Made by a program: the position numbers and the translations under genes. From NCBI GenBank assembly GCA_002633005.1, contig NMRA01000377.1:388657-436620 (forward strand): DNA of 47,964 bases, in the 5' to 3' direction. Origin of the DNA: Phoronis australis (lineage: Eukaryota; Animalia; Phoronida). This document shows positions 1 to 13,253 of the stretch, piece by piece (the first letter of the stretch is position 1; every line of letters begins with the position of its first letter). The notes below the pieces were generated by a model, which saw only the letters and a list, made by a program, of their open reading frames with translations, was not told the DNA's origin and did not search any database.

Positions 1-222
1 GTCTTTAGCAATTGCATATTGCCAGATCTTTCAAAGTTCTGAAATTGCTCAAAAGTGACCTGGAAGTAATACCTATCTTGTGATGGTAAAATATTTAAAT
101 TAAAAGTTGTTTTATGTGATTTTAAGCGAGTTTATGTCCACGTCAAATGATTTTTTGTTGCAGTACTGAAAAGTATTGGCACATTAGCTCTGGTGGCTTC
201 TTGTTTTTTGGCGAATTGACCA

Positions 223-951
223 TTTTATGGTTCCCATGGGTAATTTTGTTACTGGTCTAGTATGTATGTACAACTGTAATCGTAGGGCAATTGTAATGCA
301 AACCATGTTGCAAAAGTATTGTTTCATGACCATTTTATTGTAAAATGCTGCCTAACTGGAACCGACAAGCCAATTTTTCATATTGTGGTGGTTAGTTTTG
401 ATAAGAACATTGGTGTGGTAAATACAGCTACCTCAAGTTTGTGAAGAAAAGATTTCCAGTGTTGTCAGCGATATTGCGAAATTACTTTTTCGCAGTGAGA
501 CTACGTCACATTAAATGTAATTCCCTGACTTTATGAGCTTTGTGTGGTTGACTCTGTCCTGTAGCAATTAGAGTGTTGAAAAGATCTNTTATGGTTCCCA
601 TGGGTAATTTTGTTACTGGTCTAGTATGTATGTACAACTGTAATCGTAGGGCAATTGTAATGCAAACCATGTTGCAAAAGTATTTTTTCATGACCATTTT
701 ATTGTAAAATGCTGCCTAACTGGAACCGACAAGCCAATTTTTCATATTGTGGTGGTTAGTTTTGATAAGAACATTGGTGTGGTAAATACAGCTACCTCAA
801 GTTTGTGAAGAAGAGATTTCCAGTGTTGTCAGCGATATTGCGAAATTACTTTTTCGCAGTGAGACTACGTCACCTTAAATGTAATTCCCTGACTTTATGA
901 GCTTTGTGTGGTTGACTCTGTCCTGTAGCAATTAGAGTGTTGAAAAGATCT
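223..951. repeat. Near-identical ~363-bp direct duplication flanking a single N (probable assembly or haplotype overlap)
   Basis: 223-587 is repeated at 589-951 with only a few substitutions, and the junction is the N at 588. Confidence 0.85.
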
Positions 952-3900
952 AGAAGGCAACTTTTTATTAGAGTGATAACATTTGCACTTTTGACTGTAC
1001 AGTTATCTTTGCATTGTATTACGAAAACATATTTAGTAGTACACAAGTCTCTGGTTGGTATTTTATACTTTTTCACAAGGAATATTTTCAGCTTAGATGA
1101 GTTCTCTGTGAGGTAGGCAATTTTCAAATAAGATAATGAACAAAATTGTCAAACATTGTTTATTTTTTAGATGTGTGATCTTCCAATAAGTGATTACTTT
1201 TAAAAAACCTGTGCAGAATTTGATTTTTACTCTTCATTTGAAGGAGAATAAATCTATAAAACCGCATTGTCTAGAAATTTTACTCAAACTACATATTAGG
1301 GGGTTGGGGATTGGAATCTTAATACAACATAGTCTGAACCCCTACAATACAATACAATACACGGATATAAAAATTTGGTGTTTAGGTTCTACGGAAAGGA
1401 TTCGTGTGCGCGGTAATAGTTACTAAGGTGCGTGGTCATTGTTTGTGGATAGTTTGGGATTCCTCTTCTGTGGTCATCCACGGGAAACCAGCCTCCCGTT
1501 CAGTAATGCTAGGACCTAGCTTAAAAGCAAGACTTTGCGAGATAACGCGAGATATTGCCGTGTATTTTAAATACGAGCACGTGACCTTGACTAGCTTTTG
1601 GCTAGGTACTAGCGTAGGTCCTAGCGTCTACTGAACGCACGCCTGGTCGCATAGAGAACAATAGATTAGCATCTTCATTGTTTCCGTTGTTAAAATAAAG
1701 CTATAATGACGAGCACTTATCGGCAACAGTCTGATGTACGCAAGGTTCTATATCCATGCGACCTGTGTTGTTACATCCAACAATGACACAACAAAGGAAA
1801 ACAATGATAGGACCGATGGGCTAAAAACATGCAACGAGTTGCCATGGACAGTGGTGGAGTTTGTCTTGTCTTTCGAATGTTTTTACAGAACTGCAAACCC
1901 GGTATTTTGTCAGTAAAATTTCTGCGGTCTTTTGTTTTAAGTCGTGGGAAAAATTGCGGTCATGCAACCAAACTTATCCTTCATTTGATATTACAATGCA
2001 TTGCATGAACACTTGATCAACAGAAAATCTGATATGAGTATGTGTGAAGAAATACCCATGAGGAAATTGCAAAGTAAAACAACTGTAAATCAAAATAACC
2101 TACATTTGCCGAGTTCATGTCAAACCCTGTTCACTGTGGAGGACATAATCGGCTTTTTACAAAATGGAGCCATGTATGGTATGTAGCCCTAAGTGATCAG
2201 TAGTAAAACGTTCAAAACATTCAGGAGGAACTAACTTGTTGCAAAATATCGAAAAACATGAAGGACAATCGGAGTTTACGGTGCTCACGCATCGATCTCA
2301 GATATATGAAAATTTCCCATTTTAGTACATTTGAGGTGCCAAAATATATAACTAATAAACTGGCTGACAAAGTTTTTATTTTATGAAATGAAAATAACAT
2401 GTTTTGTCAACATTTTGGCTAAGTTTCATTCTCATAACAGTGGGGGCAGATTTGGTACACCAGTGTACTGAACACAACCTCAAAATGGCATAACGGGGGG
2501 GCAGTGTAGTAAAACTACTAAATGAGGGTGGTAAATCGGAATCGTGTTTCAAGACATCTGTGTAACAATCTACAGGCACCACTAAACAATGCCAAGTGAA
2601 TAATAAATCAATAGCTTTCATTCAAGAAAAAATATGAACAGTTAAAACTGGACAGTTTTTATACCGTGAAAACATGGCTGCGAAGCCGTAAAATGTGTTT
2701 GAGCCTATAACTTTAGAAAAATGCAATATTTTGAGGAAATATTTTACAGCTGTTTATAGATCCCATAGGACTACCTATGTGCCAAATTTGGTGAAAATCG
2801 GGTGACCCCCACCTTGCCGCTCATGGCTGGTGCTCTCGTGGACTAGTACTTAAATGTAGGGATGCAGGGGTCTCGAATTTTTTGAGTGTGTGGACCTTAT
2901 TACAAAAAAATCAAAAAACACTGACCGGGATTTGTTCAAGGCCCATGCCTTGTGCATTGCCCCCCCCCACCTGAGCCCCCTGGGTGTGCGCATATACTAG
3001 TCAGCAATTCGCACCCCCAACTGCCCAATGGTATCTAGGAGATTTTTAGGGCGGCCATGGCCCCCTTGCCCCTCCCTCCCTAAATCCGCCACTGGTTACA
3101 CACGCAATTCACTAACTGTGGGGAGACGGAAGTTGTACGCTGGAGAGTGGAATGCATATGCACAGGTTTTCGAATAGCGGGAGTTGTAGAGACAGAGAAC
3201 CAGTTTGTAGGTCATTGCACTTAGCGCAGTAGAGATGATCATTTTCGCCTTGCCCCAGTTTCGCTTTTAGACATATAATTAACACGGAGGAAGGTGTTCG
3301 AACGCAAGTTGCTCTACCTACCATTAACGGGTGGCAAAAGTTGTCACCGCGATGTCAATTTGCTCCGTGTCAGCGCGGTTTACACACTGGAACATCTCGA
3401 TCCGTGTCAGCTGATCCGTGTCAACTTTTGTAGTAACGGCACTAATGACTGACATAATCATGAGCTGGTGATTCAAACGGAGTCGAGTTGCCCACACAAG
3501 TGATCAATTGTAGCGCTGCATCCGAGGGACCTGTGCCGATTCTGAAAAAGGCAATTTATTTGAAAATGACTGATCACAAAGGTGCTGAATATGATCAGCA
3601 TTCAAATACAACATAACATTAAGTTAATGAATGTAAAGAACACTACCTTACGAAATCCCCAATTTCTTGCTGTAGAAGTCGCGTTTCTTTATCGTTTTTA
3701 TGGTTGTGACCCGCTGTATGTAGTGAGCCACTGCACCGCAGTATTAGCATTGCAATCGACCTCATTGCTTAGGATCCTATCAGATGTTCACGGTACTATA
3801 AGCCGACCTCGAGTCTGAAATGATGAGCTGAGAGTTAAACCCAATTCACTTATGAGAGTTGGGTGTTTTCTAAATGTCAGAGGCTGAACTATGTTGATAA

Positions 3901-4188
3901 ATCAGCTTAATGAGCTATTTATTATAACATATTTTTTTTCAGAAACATTTTAATCCCATGGCTGTTGTTAAATATGTCGCTGCATTAGAAATGTTGAGTA
4001 GTCACACTTTTGCAGTAACATGAAATCTTAGCTACTGTCATATTAACTCATATACTTAATGACTAATATGTTTGATTTAATGTTCTAGGAGATTGTTAAT
4101 GTGAATGGTGTGGATATATTATGGGAACACTCGTGGCAAGATATTGTACTTATTGATAATTGATATGACGTTGTATTTGCTGTTGTAG

Positions 4189-4266
4189 AGGTATATCGTG
4201 TGACACCTGTAGTGAAAGCGCTAACTTGGCCTTAACGGATCTCATTGGAGGGTGGGATGAAGAGAG
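4189..4266 (+). CDS. Tentative upstream coding exon of the Roco-protease gene
   Basis: Acceptor ttgtag at 4187-4188 and donor AG|gtatgt at 4267. One open frame (GISCDTCSESANLALTDLIGGWDEE-R) ends in phase 2, which matches the exon starting at 5448. Confidence 0.35.
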
Positions 4267-5447
4267 GTATGTCTCATTCAGTATCAAGTGCTTTTATGAG
4301 CTGCTATCTGATTAACTTCGAGCGTAAAAGAAATCTGAATTGATGGTGCAGCAGAGTAGAACTATATCTTGATGAAAAACAATGTGATGAAAAATGGAAA
4401 ATCAAAAAGCATTTTTCAAAATAAATTGTCACTCCCAAAATTTAACCAGCATCTAAATTTGGTTCTTGTAAATTGTTTTACTTTCTACAAAGAAACATGT
4501 TAACTCTCCCTTACAGAACATAACAGCACTTAAGTATTTTTCGGTAATATTCAAGTATTCAAAAAGACACTTTAGTAGTCTTGGCTGTTCTCATTCGAAA
4601 CTTGTTGAGGCGAATGATTTGAATGTCAACTTTTTTGCTTATGACATGGCTGTGGTTGTCGTGCATTTTAGTGAAGATATTTAGTTTTGATAATCGTGTA
4701 GTCGAGTACTATATGTATTGGCGATGCTATGTTGAACTACTATTTTCGGTCAGCCATTTAAATTTGTCAGAACATATTGATTGCAACTAGTAATAGCATG
4801 TCTTCATCCTAAGCTCATTTTAGAAATTACCACCATTGGACAATTAACAATTTGCTCATACTGTCTATAGAATGTGGGTCTGTTAGTAATGTGCTCTGTC
4901 ATAGCAAAGTGCTTCAGCAGTATGTGTCAGTGCGCACAAGATGTATTGTCAACTGGTCCATGTATCTCTGTGGTGATACTAACTATAATAAAAACATCTC
5001 CACAATGACATTGATACACATAATTATTTAGGCATCATTGTGATGAAGCTGTGCCTGTATGCAAATGTGGGCTCATTCCGCATACCACGATGTGTAAAAA
5101 CCCTGGCTTATATAATGAGTAAAATGAAAGTGCATATTTTAAAAATAACGTGAGAATGAAACTTTATTGCTTTGAAACCAGGAAACGGTGTCGAGTTTTG
5201 AATGGAGATGTTAGCTACGAATGAATAGATGATGCATATACAGAATGAGATATGCGTGTCTACAATGAAATGGAAAACTTACACCCATGTGCCTTTGTGT
5301 GAAATATGTAAGCAAAATATAGTTTCTGAAAAAAAAGAAATACAGTTATGGCACATGGTTCTAATTACTCGATTGTGCAGGAGAACATTATTTTGTAATT
5401 GTCTTTTCAATGTATTGCGATTAAATCGATTTTATTTTATTTTACAG

Positions 5448-8400
5448 GGGTGCGTTGTTTGGACCTGAAGCATTGAAATGTTTGTCAGCTGTGGGCAACT
5501 CAAGTCAAGATCAAGAACTGTTACAGAAATTGGGAATTTGCCAAGAGCTGCGCTTGATTTTGTTGAACTTAAAGAGCAAGGAGGTTCCTGGAGGACTGAC
5601 TCTTTGTCAAAGTTTAGTGAACCTTGATATGTCAAGTAATGAACTGACTTCTATTCCACATGGCATTTTTTCGCTGTCGCATCTAGAATCATTGAATTTG
5701 TCTCTCAACAAGCTTACAGAAATACCTTCTGACATAAAAGCACTGGCAGAATTGAAAGATGTTAACCTGTCTCACAATGAGAGATTAAGAGACATTACTT
5801 CAGTCTGTCAATGTATCAAACTGCAAAGGTTAGTGATACATGACATCCAGTTAGTGAATATTCCAGTTGAAGTAGTGAATTTAATAGAGCTGGAGGAGAT
5901 TGATTTATCGTGGAATAAGATCAGTGAATTTGGTTCACTGTTTACTTGTGCCAAACTGAGAAAGGTATCATTAATCTCTGACAAGTTGGAGAGTATTCCA
6001 GCCGAAGTAGGGAAGCTGAGTGAATTGGAAGAGATTGATTTATCAGAGAATGAGATCAGAGACTTTGATTCACTGGTTACTTGTGCCAAACTGAGAAAGG
6101 TATCATTACATCATAACAAGTTGGAGAGTATTCCAGCCGAAGTAGGGAAGCTGAGTGAATTGAAAGAGATTGATTTATCAAATAATCAGATCAGAAACTT
6201 TGATTCTCTGGTTACTTGTGCCAAACTGAGAAAGGTATCATTACACCATAACAAGTTGGAGAGTATTCCAGCCGAAGTAGGGAAGCTGAGTGAATTGGAA
6301 GAGATTGATTTATCAGAGAATGAGATCAGAGACTTTGATTCACTGGTTACTTGTGCCAAACTGAGAAAGGTATCATTACATCATAACAAGTTGGAGAGTA
6401 TTCCAGCCGAAGTAGGGAAGCTGAGTGAATTGAAAGAGATTGATTTATCAAATAATCAGATCAGAAACTTTGATTCTCTGGTTACTTGTGCCAAACTGAG
6501 AAAGGTATCATTACACCATAACAAGTTGGAGAGTATTCCAGCCGAAGTAGGGAAGCTGAGTGAATTGGAAGAGGTTGATTTATCAAGTAATCAGATCAGA
6601 GTCTTTGACTCACTGGTTACTTGTGCCAAACTGAGAAAGGTATCATTACACCATAACAAGTTGGAGAGTATTCCAGTCGAAGTAGGGAATCTGAGTGAAT
6701 TGGAAGAGATTGATTTATCATTTAATCAGATCAGAGACTTTGATTCTCTGGTTACTTGTGCCAAACTGAGAAAGGTATCATTACGTTTGAACATGTTGAG
6801 GAGTATTCCAGCTGAAGTAGGGAAGCTGAGTGAATTGGAAGAGATTGATTTATCTTGGAATGCGATCAGAGACTTTGATTCACTGGTTACTTGTGCCAAA
6901 CTGAGAAAGGTATCATTACATCATAACAAGTTGGGGAGTATTCCAGCCGAAGTAGGGAAGCTGAGTGAATTGGAAGAGGTTGATTTAATAAATAATCGGA
7001 TCAGCGACTTTGATTCACTGGTAAGTTGTGCCAAACTGAGAGTGGTGGTGCTGTGCAATAATCGTATCAATGTTATTCCACCCAGTATAGGGAATCTGAA
7101 GCAGCTTGAGCACCTTAAGCTGTCCAATGATGAGGTGAGAGGATTTGCTAGGTTGTGGAACATTTTCCATGATAAAACTGATGATACACGCAATGACATC
7201 TGTAGTCTCCCAGATGAAGTATGCCAGTTAAAGAAACTAAGAGTTCTTGACTTAACGAACAATTCATTACATCAACTTCCAATGCACATTGATCAGTGTG
7301 ATTCTCTTCAGGAGTTGAGCCTTGATGGTAACCCTTTAACAAGGCCACCTGTGGAAGTATGCAGAAGTGGTGTAAAGGACATATTCCAGTATTTCAAGGA
7401 TCTGCGACAAAGTGAAAGCAGGGTCAGAAAACAGCAGGTGGTCTTCCTGGGAGAGACCGGAGCTGGTAAAACTAGCTTGGCTAGAACATTGGTAAACAAT
7501 CAGTCATCTTTAGCTGATCCTACGGACCGCACTCGTGTCCTTGATCGATACGTTTTGAAAGTAAGCAATGATTTACAATTACAGATTACGGACTTTGGTG
7601 GCCACCATGTCTATGAGTTGGCTCATACATTCTTTTTGACGTCCGAAGTAATTGCTTCATTAGTTGTGGATTTGTCGCGGTATGATGACGACAACTACGT
7701 GAATTTCGCGGGTCGGTGGCTGGGTACATTAATGGCCATGTCATGGAAGTCTACTGTGATTGTTGTTGGAACTCACAGTGACTGTTGTGCTCAAGAGAAG
7801 ATTGAGAAAAACAAGAAGCTTTTGTTAGATCGCATCAAAGATCAACGTCGCAGGATGATCTCTGATGTTGAAGCGCAACGGGGAAGAATCATCTTGACAA
7901 TAAACCAGTATGATGACAAAACAAAGTTCCACGGTTACGTTCGATACCTTGAAGACATTCACAAGAGCAAGGAAAGGCACTTGAAATCACTGCAGTCAAA
8001 CTTCAATTTAATTGAGGACATTTTTGTGACGAGTTCACATTCTCTAGATGGTATTCCAGAATTCAAGTCTCAACTACTTACAGTTTGTGACAAAAAGGCA
8101 CCAACAATGCCTGATTCATGGCTGGCAATACAAGACATCATGGATGTGCAGAGTGATGAACCCTGCATAGAGCTCGAGAAATTCTATGAAATTGTGCGTC
8201 GAGGTTTCACTGTTCGTGAGTTGCCTACAGATGATATTCGGCACACTGCTGCAGTGTTACTTTCGTATCAACATCAGTGTGGTAATTACTTATGGTTTGG
8301 AGATGATGATCAGCTTAAAGGGTATGTCTTCCATCGACCTGATTTTGTTGTTGAGTTTTTGAAAGGCATTTTTCATCATAACATGGATAGTCAACTGGAT

Positions 8401-9154
8401 CAGAGTAATCAAAATTTTGACTTCACAACTTTCACCAACAAAGGTTTCAAGAAAGCAAAAGAGGATTTCTTGAAGTGTGGTCTCATTTCAACGGATCTTC
8501 TGCAGTGTCTCGTGAAGCGACATGTGAGCGATGAATCTTTGTTTGACACTTTGTTACATCTCCTGGAAAAATTCTGTCTATGTTTCCCTGTTCGCAAAAT
8601 AGACCATGGCATCATTCTTTGCTTTCCATGGTTCCTTGCCAATGACCAGCCTGACGAGATGAAAGTGAAGTGGCCAAAGAAGCCAGGCAAACATCAGTAC
8701 CAAATCGAGTTTCATTTCTCAAGGCAGTGTCCTGAAGCTTTCTTTGAGCTGGCCATTGTTAGGGTGCATCAGTGCTTTGGACCATTTTTGCGGGATGTTG
8801 TGACATGGAAAAATGGTGTTTACTTCCACAAAGGTCACGACAAGATAACGATGTCCAAAGTATGTGTTAATGACGATGTCATTCTACGACTCGCAGTGCG
8901 GGGTGAACAAGTTACTAAGTCGTTGTGGCCTAGTTTGATGAAAGCATACCACGCAGTTGTTGGTCTTTTAGTAAGTAAGTGGCCGGGAGCTTCGTATGAC
9001 ATCTTCTATGTTTGTCCTCATTGTCTATGCTCTGAAGTCGCTGAACCTACTTTGTATCCAGCACATGATCTGCAAAACTTTCTGTCTGATGAAGAATTCC
9101 TACCGTGTGACAACAGTGATGAAGGGGTTCTAAAAGTGGATGAGGTTGTACCAG
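5448..9154 (+). CDS. Large exon encoding LRR-ROC-COR (Roco GTPase, MFHAS1-like) of a spliced Roco-protease gene
   Basis: Acceptor ttttattttacag|G at 5447/5448 and donor CCAG|gtaata at 9154/9155. More than 20 LxxLxLxxN repeats. ROC motifs: G1 GETGAGKTS (7450-7476), G3 DFGG (7591-7602), G4 THSD (7771-7782), G5-like VTSS. COR-like segment (MPDSW, WKNGV) ending in CPHC. Confidence 0.93.
5854..7068 (+). repeat. Coding tandem repeat: about nine 135-bp units (45 aa, two LRRs each)
   Basis: The unit ESIPAEVGKLSELEEIDLSxNxIRDFDSLVTCAKLRKVSLHHNKL starts at 5989, 6124, 6259, 6394, 6529, 6664, 6799 and 6934, with a diverged first copy at 5854. Confidence 0.97.
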
Positions 9155-9899
9155 GTAATACACTAGTAAAGTCACTATTGATCAAGTTATCTAGTTAATG
9201 AAGAACTGACTTTGAAGTGTATGTACAGAAAAATATGGCCACCTGTTGCGATAAGTTCGGAGGACTTTAATTGGATGATTTAGAGCACCAATTGTAAGTG
9301 TCTTGACGATTCTATCTCAAAGTGGATGTAATTTCTGTGCTTGGAAAGACCTTAGAATTCTGGAGTTGGCTTGTCATGAAAGGCCATTATATTTGACAAA
9401 TTATATTGTCAAGGAAAAGTGAGCTGTCATTATATCCAAGTATAGAGGATCCTAACGAGTCTGTTTCATGAAAAGTGACTTAAATAATTTGTTCAAATTT
9501 TCACAGTAAACAACAGTTATGGATATAACACGAGTGTTAAGTATATTTCAGAAATAGTTATGTTGAGCATGAGACTAAATTTTTATCTTAAATCATTTTT
9601 CATAAAACAGATCTCAGTAGTATGGCAAAGGAAGTGGTTGAAATCAAAAGTCTAGTTTTAATCAAGTTGCTAAACTGTCAAGCAGTAAGATTTGGGTCGA
9701 GGGCTTACACAAAACATTTTTTCTGTGACTTGTGTGTGACCTTTGAGAAGTTCCAAATTCTCCCTCTTAATTCTCTAACTTTAATAATTTAGTAAAGGTC
9801 ATGAAGTTGTAAATATCTTGTAGCCTGTTTAAGAAATTAAACGCGTGTATCGACAAATTTAAATATGACCATGAACGTAAGGTTTTAATTTGTCTTCAG

Positions 9900-9970
9900 G
9901 TTCCTTTTCTGTACCAACTGAAGGACAGCTGTTTGAGGCACAGAAAGGTTTTGACATTTGTCAGCGAAAG
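9900..9970 (+). CDS. Roco-protease gene, linker exon (GSFSVPTEGQLFEAQKGFDICQRK)
   Basis: tgtcttcag| acceptor and AAG|gtaaga donor; phase 1 in, phase 0 out; open frame. Confidence 0.75.
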
Positions 9971-11890
9971 GTAAGAAGTAATTTAAACTGCACTAGTTTT
10001 TTATAAACGCTCTAGTTTCCTAGCCAATACTCGACCGTTTTAGGATTGATTTCCGATTCTAGTTTTCATGACTTGTAATGTTCGCTTCTTGTTTGATTTG
10101 TTTTTGCATTGTCCTACCTTGCAGTGTCGCACAAAGCAGGTCGAGATAACTTTTGGGCAGATAAAATTGAGTTCATAATTCTTCTTCTCAAGGTGTGTTA
10201 GATTACAGTTTGAAATCCTTAATGTGCCCGTCCCTGTTTGTATTTTAAAGACGGTATGTGGTGTGGTGAAATCATTGCACAATATTTTAAGTATCAGAAT
10301 TCCCATAATGTCCCTAATGTTTGTAAAGTTGTGTAGGAAGACATAATTCTGCGAACTTTTACCTCCACACGTAAATAACTTCTATTTCTACTAATGAATC
10401 AGTCAACCACTTAAAAATGTATGATAACATGCACCAGATTTGTGTTCCAACTCTCTCATTACATGCTGTATAGGTCAAAAGTGACAAAATGACCCGAAAT
10501 TCTCTGTCATAAGGGCTTAATTGGTGGAATTTATTGTAAAATTTATCGTGAGAGTAGTCTCATGACCGAGAATGAAGGGAAATGAACAGAAAGTTTGTAT
10601 GGTGGCTCGAAGTAAACAATTCTTTAATCAGATTTTTACCGCTTTTATGGTTATTACTATCATGACGGGGAAACGGTATTTTGTTTGATTAGTTTTGTCT
10701 TGCAGTGAGTGTACAACTGGTTATTATGTGCCCACATAATATTTATATGAGGTCGTATATTGCCATCATGTCTGTCTGGGCGTCCAGGCGTCTGGCATTC
10801 GGTGTCCGTAGTCGTATCTCCTAAACCCCTTAAAGGATCTTGATGAGATTTAGCAGATGTGTTTCTATGATACTAACGACAAATGACGACGAATTTCGGA
10901 CCTCTTCGACTACCGGTGTGCCCCTAGTGGCAATTTTAGTTTTTCATGCGTACCTCTGTATCTTCCTAGTCCTCAACGGATGTTCATAAAATTTGGCAGT
11001 TCGACATCTATTAAAGAGGTGGTGCCATCCTCCCATATTTCCGGATGGGTTCGAGGTACTTTGCGCCACCTAGTGGCCATTTTTATTGTTTTCAAGTCTG
11101 TTTTTTGGCATCAACCAAACCGCTCTATTGATGATTTTAAAATTTGGCTTATTATGTTCTTACTGTGAAGAGGGCAGCTGTCAATGATTTTCCGATGACT
11201 TCAATTACTGTGGTGCCTCCGAGTAGTAGTTTTGTTTGTTTTTGCACCCATGGCTGTATCTCTTAAATGCTATACAGGATCTTTAATGAATTTTGTTGGT
11301 GTATTTACATGAAGTTGACAACAGAGGACAACGAATATTCGACGTGTCAGGAGGGCTGAGGATGATTTTCCGACGACCTCGAGAACTGTGGTGCCGCCTA
11401 GTGACAGTTTTTTTCACGCCCATGACTTTATCTCTTACCCTCTGCAGTATCTTTATTATGCACCCACATATTTAGTTGTGGTCACATATTGCCGTTATCT
11501 CTGTCTAGGCGTCCGACGTCTGCGGCTGTATCTCCTAAACCCCTTGCAGGATCTCATTGAAATTTGGCACATGTGTTCCTGTGGGGATGATGACAGAGGG
11601 CGACGAGTTTCAGACCAACCTTAATACCACTGTGCCCCCTAGTGGCAATTTTAGTTTGCCTGTGTATCTTCAAAGGTCTTCAACTGATTTTCATGAAAGT
11701 TGGCACCTAAGCATCTTTTAATAAATTGATGCTATCCACCTGTTTTCGGTCAATTTTACTGTTTTCGAGTCCTTTTTTGGCATCTGCCCCTCTAATTAAT
11801 CAAACCAATCTAAGGATGATTGTGCAAAATGGCGTGTATGTTCTTACTATGAAAAGAATGGTTGATGATGATTTTCGAACATCGGTTACT

Positions 11891-12397
11891 CAGGGCTTGG
11901 AATTTTCCGCGGAAACGCGGATTTCCGCTATTTTCAAATCTGCTTTCCGCTTTTTTATAATATTTCCGCGTAAAAAAATCGGATTTGATATAAAATTTCC
12001 GCGGCAAATTCCTTTCTTACCGCGGCGTTGCAGACGAGGTTCACGTCGAAAAGCGGAAGTTGCTCTTTATGTTTCGGAGGAACGTAAATTGTCAACATTG
12101 CCGGGGCACCTGGGACAGCGTGGTGGGATTTTCAATGGCGTCTCGTGTTATTGTTAAGCACGGCGACAAATACTACCGCTCCGCAGCCAAAAATGTGTGG
12201 GTTGGGAGTGGACGGGCGAGCTAAAAGGACGCAGACGCATGCTACTGATGGTGGTAACGTTTTTTTTTTTTAGTCTTCCTGATTTTTGTCGGGGAAAGGT
12301 TCACATTGACCAATTCAAGGCTGGTTATCGGGCATGATTTGGGCCGTAAAAATTTCAAAGTTTCCGCGTTTTTTGTCATTGGTCATTCCAAGCCCTG
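11891..12397. mobile_element. Non-autonomous hAT-like MITE
   Basis: Perfect 13-bp TIRs CAGGGCTTGGAAT...ATTCCAAGCCCTG, flanking direct repeat GTTACT (11885-11890 and 12398-12403), and subterminal ttccgc repeats. Confidence 0.8.
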
Positions 12398-13253
12398 GTT
12401 ACTATGGCGCTTAGTGATGGCAGTTTTGTTTGTTTTTGCACCCATGGCGGTATCTCCTAAATGCTCTACAAGATCTGTTTTAAATTAAGCAATTGTATTT
12501 TTATGAAGTTGACAAAGGACGACGGTGACTGGTGTGCCCCCTGATGGCAATTTTAATTTGTTTTTTAATTTACTTCCGCATTAATCTGTATCTTCAAAGG
12601 TCCTCAACAGATTCTCATAAAATTTGGCAGATAGGCATCTATTAGTGTGTTGACGATATCCTCGGGTTTTCAGTTTGATTTGTGGTACTTTACTGCTTTT
12701 GAATCTTGTTATTTGGCGTCTTCCCCTCTGTCAACAGTTACCACTCTTAGGATGGTTGTGGAAATTGGCATGTATGCTCCTTAAAGGGGAAAAGGAAGTC
12801 TGATGATTTTCCGACCCCGTCATCTTCTGTGACGCCTCTTAGTGGTAGATGTTTTTAGCGCCTATAACCACCTAGTAGCAATTCCATTTTTTCCGTTTTG
12901 TTTGGTTTCTTAGAGGTTCCTTGATGGATTTTTATGAAATAGCCTTGATGTCACATACCTGTTTTTGGATGAATTCGGTGCATTTTGCTCCATGTAGTGG
13001 CCATTTTTATGTTCCAAATAAACACTCCTAGAAGCACACCATTTGCAGTGCATTCGTAGGCACATTTCAACACACCACATTGCTCTTGTTATCTTTAAAT
13101 GTGGTTGCACATTGATGTCATCCTTGGGTGTCCGGGTGTCGGTGTCTGCTATTGTATCGCTTAGACTCATTGGAAAATCTTTGGCATGTGTGCTGATATG
13201 AAGCTGATGACATGCTGTCGAATTTTCGAATTGACCTCCCATGTTCTGTAGTG

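Noticed and set aside
223-951. Tandem duplication as a biological event
   Set aside because: The junction is exactly an N. The same pattern occurs at 14613 and 23532, which suggests unmerged contig or haplotype overlaps.
2640-3095. Possible transposon ends (…GTGGACTA near 2845; …AAATCCGCCACTG near 3093)
   Set aside because: They look like termini, but I could not identify partner TIRs or TSDs.
5808-8690. Minus-strand ORFs inside the Roco exon
   Set aside because: Antisense shadows of the coding exon, with no protein motifs.
5455-9198. The 1247-aa ORF as a complete single-exon gene
   Set aside because: It begins at TTG just after a strong splice acceptor and has a donor at 9155 with in-phase downstream exons.
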